64,000 nt of DNA from the human T2T-CHM13v2.0 reference genome, Homo sapiens, in NCBI RefSeq assembly GCF_009914755.1, contig NC_060932.1; one strand, written 5' to 3'. This document shows, piece after piece, positions 1-15,430 of this stretch. The first letter of the stretch is position 1, and every line of letters begins with the position of its first letter. The notes under the pieces were generated by a model. It was not told the DNA's origin, searched no databases, and saw only the letters and a program-made list of their open reading frames with translations. The translations under genes were made by a program, and so were the position numbers.

Positions 1-2974
1 ACAAAATTGTCCATGTTAAGTGTGTGGAGCTGGCAATAAGCCGTAACATAGTTCAGAGGAAAAAGGCATTTCTTTGTGATTGACTTCAGCAAGCATTGCT
101 TTAGCAACTACTTGTTGCAGTGGGACTAGAACTGTAAGGGGACTGAATCCCTGTTCTCAAGGAGGGCCCAATGTTTGAGATTAGATGTGTGAGTGATTTA
201 CTATAATTCAGTGTGGACAGTTCTAATTATGCAATATAATCAGTCAGGAAAGCAATATTCTTTTCCTGATCTGGGTATAAATGATGAATGGAATGTGGAA
301 ATGATAAAATGAAAGGGAGATGGATTTTTCACTCAGAGGAAATGATATGATCTATAATGAAGTGATAAAAAAATACAATGCATCTAGAAATAGAGAAGAC
401 ACTAGGGATTGTAGAATAGACAGGAAAATTGGTCTGGAGACAGTTCCCCAAAGTTCACGAATTCTTTCTTAATCAAATAACTTCATATGTAGAAAATTGG
501 GTATTTAAACAAATTAAATAGGCAAATATTAACAGAGCTCACCATTATTATTAGTTCTGTCTTAACACTACCACATTTATATAGCGCTTTCCATTTTATG
601 TCCAATTATAGAAAAACACCAATTGGAAGTAGTAATATGAGAGTTTTGGGGGCAATAAGTGTAGCTCTTAAAGCTACTTCAGAGAAGGGCAAAAGAAAGA
701 AAAATAATAAAAAAATGAACACTGGGAACAATTCCTTATATATCAAAGTGCCACTTTGTGATAAAACATATTATACTATGATAAATATATTTTAGTTTAA
801 TATAGGGAAAGGGAGCAGCCACAGTCATTTTGAAAGAATTTCTTTCAAAACAAATTTTTTTTTAATAGAAATGAAAAGACAAGCTTCATTTGTTCAAGAA
901 ATTTACCTAGCTTGAACCCCATTTTCTCAAAATTTGATGTAAACAGTATACTATTTTTCCCTTTACCATGATTTCTTATGAATCGATTTTAAAAGAAAGG
1001 ATATCATGATTCTACTATTCTTCTTCCTACCTGAAGGCTTTGCTAAAGTGCCTGTAATTTGTACATCAGTCTCAGCACTGTATGCTTTATTTGAGAAAAT
1101 GTATAACTGTATGAGCTTCAGCTTCAGGACATTTTGTATGTAATCATTAAAGCACAAAATTGTTGCCTGGAACCAAGGATGATTATTTTTCTATTTGTTC
1201 GGATTCTGGCACACAAAATGATCTATCTTGATTCTCTGTCCTGGCATTATTTTGCTTGCAAATCAGGATGCAGTATAAAACTTTCCATAGATACAAACAA
1301 AGCCAAAGAATTTAAGATAGTTTTGTTGAGGGAATGCTTCACTCTCCTTTTATATCTATCACAGCATCAATGAAATGTCTGGCACACAGCCCAGGTCTGG
1401 TCCCACCCAATTCAGTTCAGCAACATTAAGCAAGTAACTCATTCACAAAATACTGTTACTGACATATTATGATCTCTCGACCTTTGGGAGACATAAACAT
1501 GAACAGTTTTATGTTTCCCATAACTACCTCTATGTGTACTTCTCCTTCCTAGATAGTTCAGAGGGGGATCTATTAACAATATCTTAGCTTCTTTTTATAA
1601 TTGTTAGTTGTTTTGTTTGTTGAAGAGTCTCATTCTGTTTTTTTTTTGTTTGCTTGTTTTAACTTGTTATTATTATTTCAAAGTTTCAGATTCACATGCA
1701 ATACAAATCCCTCCTCCTTCCTCTGCTTGAAGGCATGCCATGAGGGTGTTTGAGGATGACTCTCAGAGAATGCTCCCCTTCATTTTTCCCTGTTCTTGTC
1801 ATTCTAATTTTGGAGCAGAAACAAGGACCAGGGGTACCAAGACGTCTGCTGGCTTCTTGGTTGGTACTTGGGTTTCAGTTCTCTTTCTGTTGGTGTCTCT
1901 TCTCTTCTCTTCTTTTATTGGTGCTGTGTTGATTCCCTGTGAAGAGCAGGGCTTTTTTAGGTGAAAAATGCAAATCAGTTCCATGTCAGGAGAGATGGAG
2001 CCTGGTTCTGGAATTCCCCAGTTTGTGGCCTCTTGCCCCTCTCTCATGAGATAGGATTTGGTGTCTTCCTCTCTTGTCAGTCCCCTTCTTACGTTGATTG
2101 GGAAGGGGTGTGATAGTAGAGGCAGGATCAATTCTGTTGAAGAAGCACCTCTCAGCCCCACATAGACAAGGTGCCACAAATGGTTTCCTGTTTTCTGAAT
2201 TTAGAATGCAGGACAGTTAGAATCAATTTTTTTTTTCACCTTTGGAATCAGACAAAATTTCAGGATGAAAACAATGACTTTTTTTTACTTCCCCTGTAAT
2301 ATCCCCCCATACAACTGCTATATTCTAAAGCACCATGTTCTATACTCACAAGAAAGTCACTGTGGAGAGACAGACTATGATAATTCAAGATTCACAGAGG
2401 TGTGCTAAAGTGCTAGATCACACCAGAGACAAGGGTTTAGCTCAGTTTTTATTTTCAGGTGTAAAGTTCTGAAGGAATGACATGTGAAGGACATTGAGAT
2501 GTTAGCTTAGCAGGAAAGGACAAAATATATATACGCAGGAGAGCACAGGTTTTGAATACAAAAACTCTGCTATGAGGGGGAAATGATGATCTAAAAATAA
2601 CAGCAACTTAGATATTTGAAACTAAAATATGAAATTGATCAAAAGACCAGAGGTAGTTAAGGCAGGGAAAGCAAAATATGTCAAATAATAAAAGTTTTCT
2701 AATGTTTAGCTGAAGAGTTTGGATTTCAGATGGTAAGAATTTAATGAAGAATTTTAATCCAAATACATATATTCAGTTTACCAGAAGAAATACTAGGGGG
2801 TGCCTAAAATTCCGACAATCACAAATACCAACTCTTACTAAAACATTTTTCATGTAAATTCTCATCATTTATTTCACATATATAACTTACGTTCATCGTT
2901 ATCAATTGCACATGTAGACAGTGTTAGTCTACTTTCAATGAGAAAGTTGAGGCTCAGAGAGTTTGTTTTCCCCA

Positions 2975-3412
2975 AATTTATTGTGGCATAGTTGACAAGT
3001 AAAATGATATATATTTAAGGTGAACAACTTGATATTTGAAATACATATACATTGTGAAATATTCATCATACTGGATAATTAACATATCCATCACCTCCCG
3101 TATTTCCTAGTTTTCATTTCCTTTCTCCCTCTTCCCTCTTTTCTTTCTTCCTCCTCCTCCCCTTCCCTATCCTTCCCTTCCTTTCCATTCCTTTTACTTT
3201 CTTCTCTTTTCCTTTTCTTTCATTCTCTCTTTTCCTTCCTTCCTTTCTTCCTTTTTTTGTGGTGAGAACACTTAAGATCTACCCTCTTAGCAAATTTGAA
3301 GAATATGATACAATATTATTAAGAGTAGTCATTGTTGTGCATCAGAACTCCACAAATTATTCATCCTCCATAACCAAAATTTTGTACCTCTTGATCAATA
3401 TCTCTCCATTTC
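2975..3412 (-). mobile_element. Old L1 3' end fragment (L1MA8/9-like) with embedded polypyrimidine tract (~3117-3258)
   Basis: tatatttaaggtgaacaac...gtggtgagaacacttaagatctaccctcttagcaaattt is the typical antisense L1MA 3'UTR. Confidence 0.7.
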
Positions 3413-3709
3413 TAGAGAGGTTAAGCAGAATTTTGTGGGATTGTAAAACTAACCAGTGTCAGAAATGGGATGATAGTTAATGTCTCTACTGAATCAAGAC
3501 TGGTGTTTATACCATACTTACATGTGTGACTTAAAACACTAATGTACAACTACAAAACTCATGCTTTCTTTATGGACTCTTCCTACAATTTTCCTGGATT
3601 TGGTTTTACAGGAGAAAAAAGACACATTAAGAGACAAATTTCAACCCAAAGAAATTTAAAAATACATGTCACAAAAGGAACCTTCATTGATAATTCTGCA
3701 CCCTTCATC

Positions 3710-4192
3710 TGTCAAGCATTGTGGGTGCCCTGCCCAAATCCTCTTGAGATGCACCATGGCAGTGCTAACTAGCAGATTTCCAACTAATGGCAGCTACATC
3801 CTTTTGCCAGAGAACTTTCTCTGCTGGTAGAATTCCACTCAGTTCATGCTCCTGGCAAGATATAAATGTGTGAGTAAATTCTTCTCTTCCCCATAGGTAT
3901 CAACTAATGACTGGCTGATGTTGATCTATAAACACACCTCATCCATTGGGTGGTGAATGGGATAACTCTGAGCTGCATGTTCTATACTGACTCCCAGAAT
4001 TTCCCAGCAAGATTGGTGTCCAGGTGTCCACAGCAGAAACTTGCTCAGTAACATACTTCTAACAAATTGCCTTTCCTTTCCCATCTCCTTCTCTATTCCC
4101 CTACTGGTGTTTCTTAGGATCTCATCCAAATGAATCATTTGAACTGATATTCTTGTTTATAACTTGTTTCTAAAAAAACAAAAACTAAGATA
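3710..4192 (+). mobile_element. ERVL solo LTR (LTR16-family-like)
   Basis: Starts tgtc..gtgggtgccctgcccaaatcc, ends aaactaagata (LTR16-type ...actaagaca terminus); highly diverged. Confidence 0.55.
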
Positions 4193-4309
4193 CCACAGGA
4201 TCCAATTCCAGAAAATATTAGCACTATTAGGAGACTGTATTAGGACAGTAATAGAATATCTCCTGATCTCAATTATGCAAAATGAAGTAGATAGAGGAAA
4301 AATGAAGTT

Positions 4310-5024
<715 letters not shown>

Positions 5025-5839
5025 CTGTCATTTATTTTCTATAAACTCTACAGCATGTTCTGGGTTAGAATTCTATCCCATAGACTTTATAATCCTTATT
5101 TCTTCCATACGGTTGTATTTCAACTGTGGTCTAGTTTAAAATTGGTATTTCATTCCTGGTAGTAGAGGTGATAATTTGAGTTACTGTCTTACTCATGGAT
5201 ACCAATATCCCATTATCTATTGGCATGAGTTTATTATTTCATATTTTACCAAGTCAAATAACCTATCACTGATTCTTAAATGTATGTTTCATAGAATAAA
5301 TTTCTGCACTTAACACTATGAGTCAAGATATATTGGGAAAGAGAAAACACTTGAAGTATTTCAAAAAGGAAAGAATTTAAATCAAGAGAAATAGAGTTTT
5401 ATACTAAAATTAAGAGCTACACTAGTGAACATTGGAGAAGCTGCTTTACAGAGATTAGGAGGTCATAAATCACAGAAACTATATGACACCTCTGCCAATT
5501 ACCTCAGGTGCATGGCATCCTAAAGAAATGATTTGTAGTAAGTTTCATGAAAACTACTTTCACAATCTCATATCTTTTATCTGCCAAAAGCCATGTGTCT
5601 GCCCTCTCCTGCCAGGGCAATGATGGTGTCTGCTCTTTTATGCTTTCCAAAGCTGTAGTGAGTGCCTTCCAGTGGTGAAATGTAAACTGCAATCTTACTG
5701 ATAAATAAGCCAAAGCAAGGTGGTCTCAGGCTTCTACCTCTGACCCAAACAAGGGAGGCAGAGAATGGGGCAGGAATAATAAAGGATGCTTACAGACTAT
5801 CCATGACAACAAAATTACGGTATAAAATGATAACATCCA

Positions 5840-6133
5840 AGCTGGGTGCAGTGACTCACACCTGTAATCCCAGCACTTTGGGTGGCCGAGGCTGGTGAAT
5901 CACAAGGTCAGGAGTTAGAGACCAGCCTGGCCAACACAGTGAAACTCCATCTCTACTAAAAATACAAAAATTAGCCGGGTGTGGTGGCACACACCTGTAG
6001 TCCCAGCTACTCAGGAGGCTGAGGGGGGAGAATCACTTGAACGCAGGAGGTAGAGGTTTCAGTGAGCCAAGACCACACGATTGCACTCCAGCCTGGGTGA
6101 GAGAGTGAGACTCTGTCTCAAAAAAAAAAAAAA
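5840..6133 (+). mobile_element. AluS (Sg-like), full length
   Basis: gctgggtgcagtgactcacacctgtaatccc...gactctgtctc plus A-tail. Confidence 0.92.
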
Positions 6134-6139
6134 TCCATA

Positions 6140-6660
6140 AGGTTAAAATACATAAAATTGAATTAAATAACACAACTATATTAATATAAGTCTGGAGGGA
6201 TAAAAATTGAAAAAAAAGTGTTCTGAAGTTTGTGTGGTCTAGGTAGGATGTAATTGTCTTAAATTAGCTATGGGCTTTGTAATTTCTTAGGTAACATTAA
6301 AATGTCCAAAATCGAGCAAGTAACTTAAACACTAGTAGAGGGAAAAGTAGAATTATAAAGAAACAGTAAATGGAAATGAGAGAAGAATGAATCATGGAAT
6401 GGAAGGGACAAATGAAAAATACAAAAGAAGGTGCAAAATTGAGGTCGAAATACGTAACTAATTATATTGGATCTGAGAGGATTGAGACTTCATTCAAAAA
6501 TATGGATATTTTTAAGCTAGATAACAGAAGAACAACAACTGGAGAAACAAAATCCAATTAAATGGTTTTAGAAAAAACATCTAAAATACAAAGATGCAAA
6601 GAGATTGAAAGTAAAATTATAGAAAAATAGACTTCATGCAAGTACTGCTAAATACAATGA
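6140..6660 (+). mobile_element. Ancient L1M/HAL1-like fragment
   Basis: A-rich degenerate ORF1-end/ORF2-start-like text (aaacatctaaaatacaaagatgcaaagagattgaaagtaaaa). Confidence 0.45.
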
Positions 6661-7319
6661 AAACAATTATTTTGATTATTTTATTGAAGCTCAATAGCTC
6701 CGATTTGCTTCTTTATTCAAAAAAAGAAGTGTAGGCAAAATACTCTTGGACAGCTGATGGTATATGTTTTTCTGTTCCTCTGCTTCCCAGAAGGTCACAT
6801 TTGCATAATTTTTTGGATTGTCTGTTCATCTAATAAAGGGCAATTTCAGGGCAGGTGGATTTCCATATACTTGATATGGAGGACCTGAGAACATCTTAGA
6901 AAAATACTATCTAGGCAGATTTATGTGGCCACTACAAAATTGCAGCAATATTTATTACTTGCTTTATAATGGGCGCATCATAGGACTGGTAATTCTTGGA
7001 GCCAGTGTTATATGATTACTTAAGTAGCTGATTTTTCATACCATGAAGCAGAGAGGCAAACAGCATAAGAGAAATTAAATATATTTAGAAGTTCTTCGAA
7101 TTAATTAGAAAGTAGAGAAAGCCATTGGCTAATAATGTGTCCTCTATGGCTTTGTTTCTATTAATGAATGTCAGATTAAGCCCAGAATATAAGTCATGTA
7201 TGCAGAGAGATGGGCGGCCTTTTGTTTTCTCTTTGTCTTGACATTAGAACTACAATTAATCTAATCTCTTGGTCAGGATATTTAATAGTATGCTATAAAG
7301 AATAATTATAAGGGCTGGA

Positions 7320-7780
7320 TGCATTCAGCAAATATTTATTGAATTGCCACTTGTAGGCGTTGTGCTAGGCACTGAGGATGGATAGAAGATCAAATCACAG
7401 CTCTAGAGCTCTAATTGCTCTGGCAGACATCTGCATGACTTGGTTCTTTGCTTTAGACAGAGTTCTTTAGACAGCTCAAGTGTCACTATATCAGAGAGGT
7501 CTTTTCCTGACCACCTGTATAACAGAGCAACCCTCTCCCTCCCCCTCCTCTATACTCTCAGTTCTGCTTACCTTGCTCCATTTCCCCTGGGCACTTACCA
7601 ACTTCCAACATATAAAATGTATCCATTTATTGACTATGTTATTGTATGAAAATATAAACTCCATGAAAGCAAGAACTTTGTCTGATATCACAATTGTTTC
7701 TCTTGTGCCTCAATTATTCTCAAAAAACAGTGGGTGGGCACAAACATATATTAGATATTTGAGTCACTAAATGAACCAGT
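7320..7780. mobile_element. L2 fragments
   Basis: cattcagcaaatatttattgaa...tgtgctaggcactgagga and cagagaggtcttttcctgaccacc...aaactccatgaaagcaagaact motifs. Confidence 0.6.
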
Positions 7781-8065
7781 TATTTAAAAACATAACCACA
7801 CCCCTCTCCCTCCCCTGGCTGTGCTTTTAGAACATCCTCACTCTACCCAGTTCAGTGCCAAGTATGTGGGCTTAAGCTTTGTGTGTTTTCCTTGGAATGC
7901 TCTAAAACTCAGCAGTGACTAAGGAAATCCCATCAGAATTTGTTAGGTGGGCTCTCACTCCACACAGCACCTGTGCCATCTGTCCTTGGATTGAATCAAT
8001 TCAGCCCACAAATTGCAAGTTTGCAGCAGGACATTGATAAAAAGGTGTCTCAAGGATCATATTAA

Positions 8066-11000
8066 GGGTTCTGGTTCAAAGTAGCTGGTTAGAAGAAGCT
8101 TGTGTGAGTCATTCTCATGGAGAGGAAACAAAGAGGTGAGTAAATACTAGCTCTTCAAGTCAATCGCCTATGAGATAATGTCAAGAATTATGAAGGAAGC
8201 AATGGGACCCATGGAGAACAGAGAATAGCAAAGCCAGGCAGTCACCCGCCCAGAATTGGTGCAGAACCATGGGAAGCTCCTTTGCACAGAGAAAAGGTGA
8301 ATAAGTGAGAGCCTCTGAAGGATCCACACTTTCCATTCTGCATCTCTGCTACCCTGGGCACAAGAGAGCCATCTGATTCCCCCCAGGACTCCAGACCTAC
8401 ACAAAGAGCTGGCTGGACTATGTGTTAGGAGCCCTGTGGGCCTTGGATCCTTAAAAACCTCAGTGCCAACTGCCACAGCCCCTCCAACAAGGGAAGACAA
8501 GGACTTTCACATGCCCCCAGGATAGGTGCCACAGATATGGTATTGAGGAGCAGACACAATGCAGAAGCCACCCCTGCCTCTCCTCACCAAGCAGGGCACA
8601 ATGACTTGGGACTGAAGTGCAGCTGTCTGGCCCCTGCATGATCACTGGGGTTTGTTGCAGCTCTGCATTGCTCTGGAATGAAACTCCTAGAGGTAACTGG
8701 CAGACCTTCTATGATTGCCACTGTACAGACAGGTGGTCAGACTGTTTATCACATGACACCCCCATCCCTGCTGCTCCCTGAAAAATGTGATTTGATGCTT
8801 TCTGGCTCCCTGCACACTCACCCTGCCCCTGCCTGAGCATTTCAACTGAGGACCAGAGCCCTTCTGAAAACCTTATCACTACAGGCCTGTGATCATCCCT
8901 CCAGCTCCCACTGCCTACACATTCTGTCTCCTCCAGCTGTAGAGTTCATATGGTAATCTGGGGACCAGCCCACCCTTCCCCATCACAACCAGCACTTGAA
9001 CCATGGGGAGACAGACTCCATCCATCTCCATCAGGACTCATACACACTGTCCAACAGTATGTCCTAGGAGTCCTAGGAGCCTGAGAACTGGGGAACTACC
9101 TTAGCCCATTCCAACTCTGCTGGAACCTGATGACTCTTGCAGGACCTGAGGTCAGGCAAACCTACCAGCTAACACCAACACAACCAACACCCACCTGCAG
9201 GGATCCAAAAATGGAGCCCCTCCCCTTACATGAAGCAGCAATGCTATCACATCAGAGAACAGGCAAGCCGTCAAGCTATCTGTATCAGGCTGAGTGCTGA
9301 AGTTCTGTCCCAAAACCACTCCCACAGAGAGTCACAAAACAAGTATATCCCAACGTTTCTAATGACAGAAATAGACTAGACTAGAGTGAGCATCCAAACT
9401 AGGAGTCACCAGCCCTGGAACAGGGGTGTAATAGGTTAATGGTTCATGTTCTTACCTACTTATTCAGAATAAGAAGCAGGTGCAGTCTCCTCACCACCAG
9501 TACCCCACAGAGACATCAGTGCATTTTACTGGAAGCTCCTCCCAGAGACCTTCCTGAGGGGTGGTGCCTGCACTCACCATTTGGGTATTTGTGAGCAAGC
9601 CAGGGACTCTAGCTCTGCCCAGCTCTGTCCCCCCACCCACTTGGAATAGGAAGCTTATGGTACATGTCACTCCACTGTCCAGCATCTCACAGTAAACAAA
9701 GATCAGGTACATACCCACCTGCCTGTGCTGAAGGTGACTCATATCTGTAACCACCATCTACTGGCCTGTAGATTGAATCATACAGCCCAATATAACACCT
9801 GCTGACAGAAGTGCATAGGGCTATACCAATATAATACCAAACAGAAAAAAGTTGAAAGCATTCCACTGAGAATTGGAACAAGACAAGGATGCCCACTCTC
9901 ACCACTTCTATGCAACATAGTACTGGAAGTCCTAGCAGAGCAATCAGACAAGAGAAAGAAATAAAGGGCATCCAAATTGGTAAAGAGGAAGTCAAATTGT
10001 CACTGTTTGCTGATATTATTGTATACCTAGAAAGCCCTTAAGACTCCTCCAAAAAGCTCCTGGAACTGATAAATGAATTCAGCAAAGTTCCAGGATACAA
10101 AATTAACGTACACAATTTAATAGCTCTGCTATACAACAACAGCAACCAAGCTGGAAATAAAGTCAGTAACTCAACCCCTTTTACAATACTTGCAGAAAAA
10201 TAACATACTTAGGAATATACCTAACCAAGGGGGTGAAACACCTCTACAAGGAAAACTACAAAACACTGCTGAAAGAAATCATAGATGACACAAACAAATG
10301 GAAACACATCCCATGCTCATGGATGGGTAGGATCAATATTGTGAAAATGACCATGCTGACAAAAGCAATCTACAAATTTAAAGCAATTCCCATCAAAATA
10401 CCACCATCAGTTTTCACAGAATCAGAAAAGAGAATTCTGGAATTCATATGGATCAAAAAAGAGCCTGCATAGCCATAGCAAGACTAAGTAGAAAGAACAA
10501 ATTTGGAGGCATCGCATTACCCCACTTCGAACTATACTCTAAGGCTATAGTTACCAAAACAGCATGGTACTGATATAAAAATAGGCACATAGACTAATGG
10601 GACAGAATAGAGAACCCAGAAATAAACCCAAATACTTACAGCTAACTAATCTTCAACAAAGCAAACAAAAATATAAAGTGGGGAAAGGATACCTTATTCA
10701 ACAAATGGTGCTGTGATAACTGGCAAGTCACATGTAGAAGAATGAAACTGGATCCTCATCTCTCAGCTTATACAAAAATCAACTCAAGATGGATCAAGGA
10801 CTTAAATCTGAGACCTGAAACCATACAAATTCTAACATCAGAAAAAACATTCTAGACATTGTCTTAGGCAAAGACTTCATGACCAAGAACCCGAAAGCAA
10901 ATGCAACCAAAACAATGATAAATAGGTGGGACTTATTTAAACTAAAAAGTTTCTGCACAGCAAAAGAAACAATCAGCAGAGTAAACAGACAACCAACAGA

Positions 11001-14000
11001 GTGGGAAAAATATCTTCACAATCTATATACCTGACAAAGGACTAATATCCAGAATCTACAAGGAACTCAAACAAAGTAGCAAGAAAAAAACAAACAATCC
11101 CATCAAAAAAATGGGTCTAAGGACATGAATAGACAATTCTCAAAAGAAGGTATACAAGTGGCCAAAAAACATGAAAAAATGCTCAGCATCACTAATGATC
11201 AGGGAAATGCAAATCAAAACCACAATGTGATACCACCTTCTCTTACAAGAATGACCAGGAAAAAAAAAAAAGATATTGGCGAGGATGTAGTGAAAACGAA
11301 CACTTCTACACTGTTGGTGGGAATGTAAACTAGTACATGATGGAAAACAGTGTGGAGATTCCTTAAAAAACTAAAAGAAGAACTACCATTTGATCCAGCA
11401 GTTCCACTATTGGGTATTTACCCAGAGAAAAAGAAGTCATTTTATTTCAAAAAGATACCTGCATATGCTTGTTTATAGCAGCACAATTTGCAATTGCAAA
11501 AATATAGAATCAACCTAAATGCCCATCAATGAATGAGTGGATAGAGAAATTGTGCTACATATATATACTATTCAGCCATAAAAAGGAATGAAATAATGGC
11601 ATTCACAGTAACCTGGATGGAATTGGAGACCATTATTCTCAGTGAAGTAACTCAAGAATGGAAAGCAAACCGTCATATGTTCTCAATCATAAGTAGGAGC
11701 TAAGCTATGAGGATACAAAGGCAGAAGAATGACTCAGTGGACTTTGGGAACTTGGGGAAAAGAGTGGGAGGGGATGAGGGATAAAAGAATGCAAATTAGG
11801 TACAATGTCTACTACTCGGGTGATGGGTGCACCAAAATATCACAAATCAACACTAAAGAAATTACTTATGTAACCAAACACTACCTGTTCCCTCAAAACC
11901 TATGTAAATAAAAATAAAATAATGCTAAAAATAAAAAAGAAGTGCATAGGACTATAGCAACAATGTTAGAAGATTCTACACAACATTCTGTACAGTGACA
12001 TCCCCTTGGGAGTAGAGGGGAGAGGGAAAGAAAAAAATTATATAGAAAGAAAGAAAAATAATCTTATCAGCACAAAAGTAATTATAAAAATTAGAAATGC
12101 CAGCTTCTCCAGCTGAGAAAGAACTAGCATAAGAATTCTGGCAACATGAAAAGTCTGAATGTTGTTACACCACCAAAGGATCAAACTAGCTTCCCAGCAA
12201 TGGACACTAACCAAAATAGAAACTCAGACATGACAAATAATTCAAAGAATGGATTGCAAGGAAGCTCAGTGAGATCCAAGATAAGATTGAAAATCAACAC
12301 AAGCTTATAAAGCAGTTCAATAAATGAAAATAGAGATAAACATCTTAAAAGGAAATCAGTCAGAACTTCTGGAAATGAAAAAAATTAAGGAATTTCAAGA
12401 TACACTTGAAAGCCTTATCAATAGACTAGACTAAGAAAAAAATATTCAGGGCCTGAAGATCAGTCTTTTGAACCAGCACAGTCAGATAGACACAAGGAAA
12501 AAAAGAATTTAAAAAAAAGTATTTGAGAAATAATGGATTATATAAAATGACCAAGCCTATGAATTACTGGCATTCCCAAGAAACAAAGAGAAAAAAAAAA
12601 CCTGGAAAATATATTTGAGGGAATAATTCAAGAAAATTTCCCTAATCTTGCTAGAGAGGTAAGCATTCTTTTATAGGAAACCTAGAGAATACTTTTGAGA
12701 TACTAGACAAAATGAACACCAAGGCATATAGCTACCAGATTGTCTAAGGTCAACACTAAAGAAAATATCTTAAAGCCAACTAGAAAAAAGGTCAGATTTT
12801 TTACAAAGGGAACCACAACAAGCTAAGAGAGAAATTCTCAGCAGACTCCTTACAAACCAGAAGAGATTGAGGACCTATTTCTCAGCATTCTTAAAGAAAA
12901 TAAATTCCAACAAGAATTTCATATCCATCCAAACTAAGCTTTATAATGAAAGAGAAATAAAGTATTTTCCAGATAAGCAATCACCAAGGGCATTCATCAC
13001 CACTAGATCATCCTTACTAGAGATCCTTAAGAGAGAGTTCTAAAAGTGGAAATGAAAGAACAATACCTGCTACCAAAAAACACATGTAAGTACATAGCCC
13101 ACAACCCTATGAATTAACTATATCCAAATCAATAAATGTATTCACCACAAAAACAATTTAAAACAAAAACCACATGATAATCTCAATTGATGCAAATAAA
13201 TCTTTTGATGAAATCCAACATTCCTTTATGATGAAAACCCTAAACAAATTAGGCATCAAAGGAATACCCCTCAGAATAAAAACATCTATGACAAACCCAC
13301 AATCAACATCATAATAGATGAGCAAGACTGGAAACATTCCCCTTAAGAACACAAATAAGACAAGGATGCATACTCTCGCCATTCTCAAGCTACATAATAT
13401 TAGAAGTCCTAGCCAGAACAATCCGGCAAGAGAAAGAAATAAAAGGCATCCAACTAGAGAAAGAAGACGTTAAATTATCTCTCTGTTGATATTACTCTAT
13501 AGCTAGAAAACCCTAAAGACTTCACCAAAAGGCTTCTGGAACTGATAAATGACTTCAGTAAAGTTTCAGGATGCAAGATTAATGTAAAAAATCTAGCATT
13601 TCTGTACATTAATAACATCCAAGCTGAAAGCCAAATGAAGAACACAATTCCATTGACAAAAGCCACACAAAAATAAAATGCCTAGGAATACATCTAATCA
13701 AAGAAGTGAAATATCTCTACAAGGAAGACTACAGAACACTGCTGAAAGAAATCAGAGATGACATAAACAAATGGAGAAATACTTCATGCTCATGGATTGA
13801 AAGAATCAATATTGTTAAAATGGCCATACTGCCAAATGTAATCTACAGATTCAACACTATTTCTATCTATCAATGTCATCTTTTACAGAATTAGAAAATA
13901 AAACTATTCTAAAATTCAAATGAAACAAAAAAAGATCCTTAATAGTCAAAGCAATCCTAAGCAAAAGGAACAAAGCCAGAGGCATCATGTTACCAGACTT

Positions 14001-15430
14001 CAAGTTATGCTAATACCACAAGGCTATAGTAAGCAAAACAACATGGTACTGGTAAAAAGCAGACGCATGTACCAATGGAACAGAATAGAGAATCCAGTAA
14101 TTAAGCCACAATCTACAGCTGAATAATATTTGACAAAGTTGACAAAAATAAGTAATATGAATAAAACTCCCTAGTTAATAAATGGTGCTGTGATAACTGG
14201 CTAGCCATAGACAGAAGAATGAAACTGAACTCCTACCTTTCACCATGTACAAAAATTAAGTCAAGATGGATTAAAGACTTAAATGTAAGACTTCAAACTA
14301 TAAAAAATTCTATAATAAAACCTAGAAGGTACCACTGTAGACATCAGCCTTGGCAAATAATTTATAAGTAAGTCCTCAAAAGCAATTGGAACAACAAAAA
14401 TTGACAAATGGGACCTCATAAAATGAAAGAGCTTCTACACAACAAAAGAAACTCTCAACAGAGTAAACAGACAATCTGCAGAATAAGAAAAAATATATGT
14501 AATCTATTCATCTGGCAAAGGTCTAAAATCCAGAATCTATAAGGAACTTAATTCAACAAGGAGGAAACAAATAACCTTATTAAAAAAGTGGGCAGAAGAC
14601 ATTAACAGACATTTCTCAAAATAAGACATACAAGTGGCCAAAAAACATGAAAAAATGATCCACATCCCTAATCATCAGAGAAATGCAAATACAAACCACA
14701 ATGATATACCATCTCATACCAGTCAGAATGGCTATTATTAAAAAGTAAAAAATAAATAAATAAATAACAGATGCTAGTGAGGCTTCAGAGAAAAGAGAAC
14801 ACTTATACACTGCTTTTGGAAATGTAATTTAGTTCAGCCACTGTGGAAAGCAGTTGGATATTTCTCAAAGAACTTAAAGCAGAACTACCATTGAACCCAG
14901 CAATCTCATTACTGAGTGTATACACAAAGGAATATACATCATTCTACCATAAAGACACATGCATGCATATGTTCATCCCAGCACTATTCACCACAGCAAA
15001 GCCGTGGAATCAACCTAGGTGCCCATCAATGGTGGACTGGATAAAGAAAATGTGGTACCTATACACCATGGAATACTATGAAGCCATAAAAACTGTGAAA
15101 TCATGAGTCTTGCAACAACACGGATGCAGCTGAAATTCATTATCCCAAACAGATTAACACAGCAACAGAAAACGAAATACCACATATTCCTTACTTGCAA
15201 GTGTCAGCTAAACATTGGATACACATGGACATAAAAATGAGAACAATAGATATTGAGGACTACAAGAGCGGGGAAGGTGGGAACAAAGTCCAAAAAAATA
15301 CCTATTGAGTACTATGCTCGCTACCTGGATGATGGGATTAGTTGTACTCCAAACCTCAGTATCATGCAATATACCCATATAACTAACCTGCACATGTAAC
15401 CCTGAATTTAAAATAAAAATTGAAGTTAAA
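8066..15430 (+). mobile_element. L1PA16-like element with 5'UTR, decayed ORF1 (~12110-13100) and ORF2 3' half; interrupted by L1PB1 and internally deleted near 13120
   Basis: 5' end ctcatggagaggaaacaaagaggtgagtaaatactagctcttcaa; 3'UTR cctattgagtactatgctcgctacctgg...aacctcagtatcatgcaatatacccat; ORF fragments [17 protein letters not shown] and KPWNQPRCPSMVDWIKKMWY. Confidence 0.85.
9826..11937 (+). mobile_element. 5'-truncated L1PB1-like insertion nested in the L1PA16 5'UTR
   Basis: 19-bp TSD agaagtgcatagg(g/a)ctata at 9807-9825 and 11938-11956; L1PB 3'UTR ctcgggtgatgggtgcaccaaaatatcacaaatc; ORF2 fragment [28 protein letters not shown]. Confidence 0.9.

Noticed and set aside
960-1140. Possible minus-strand exon ending at a CAG/GTAGGA donor near 1031
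   Set aside because: No convincing acceptor, coding signal or partner exons; single splice-like motifs are common by chance.
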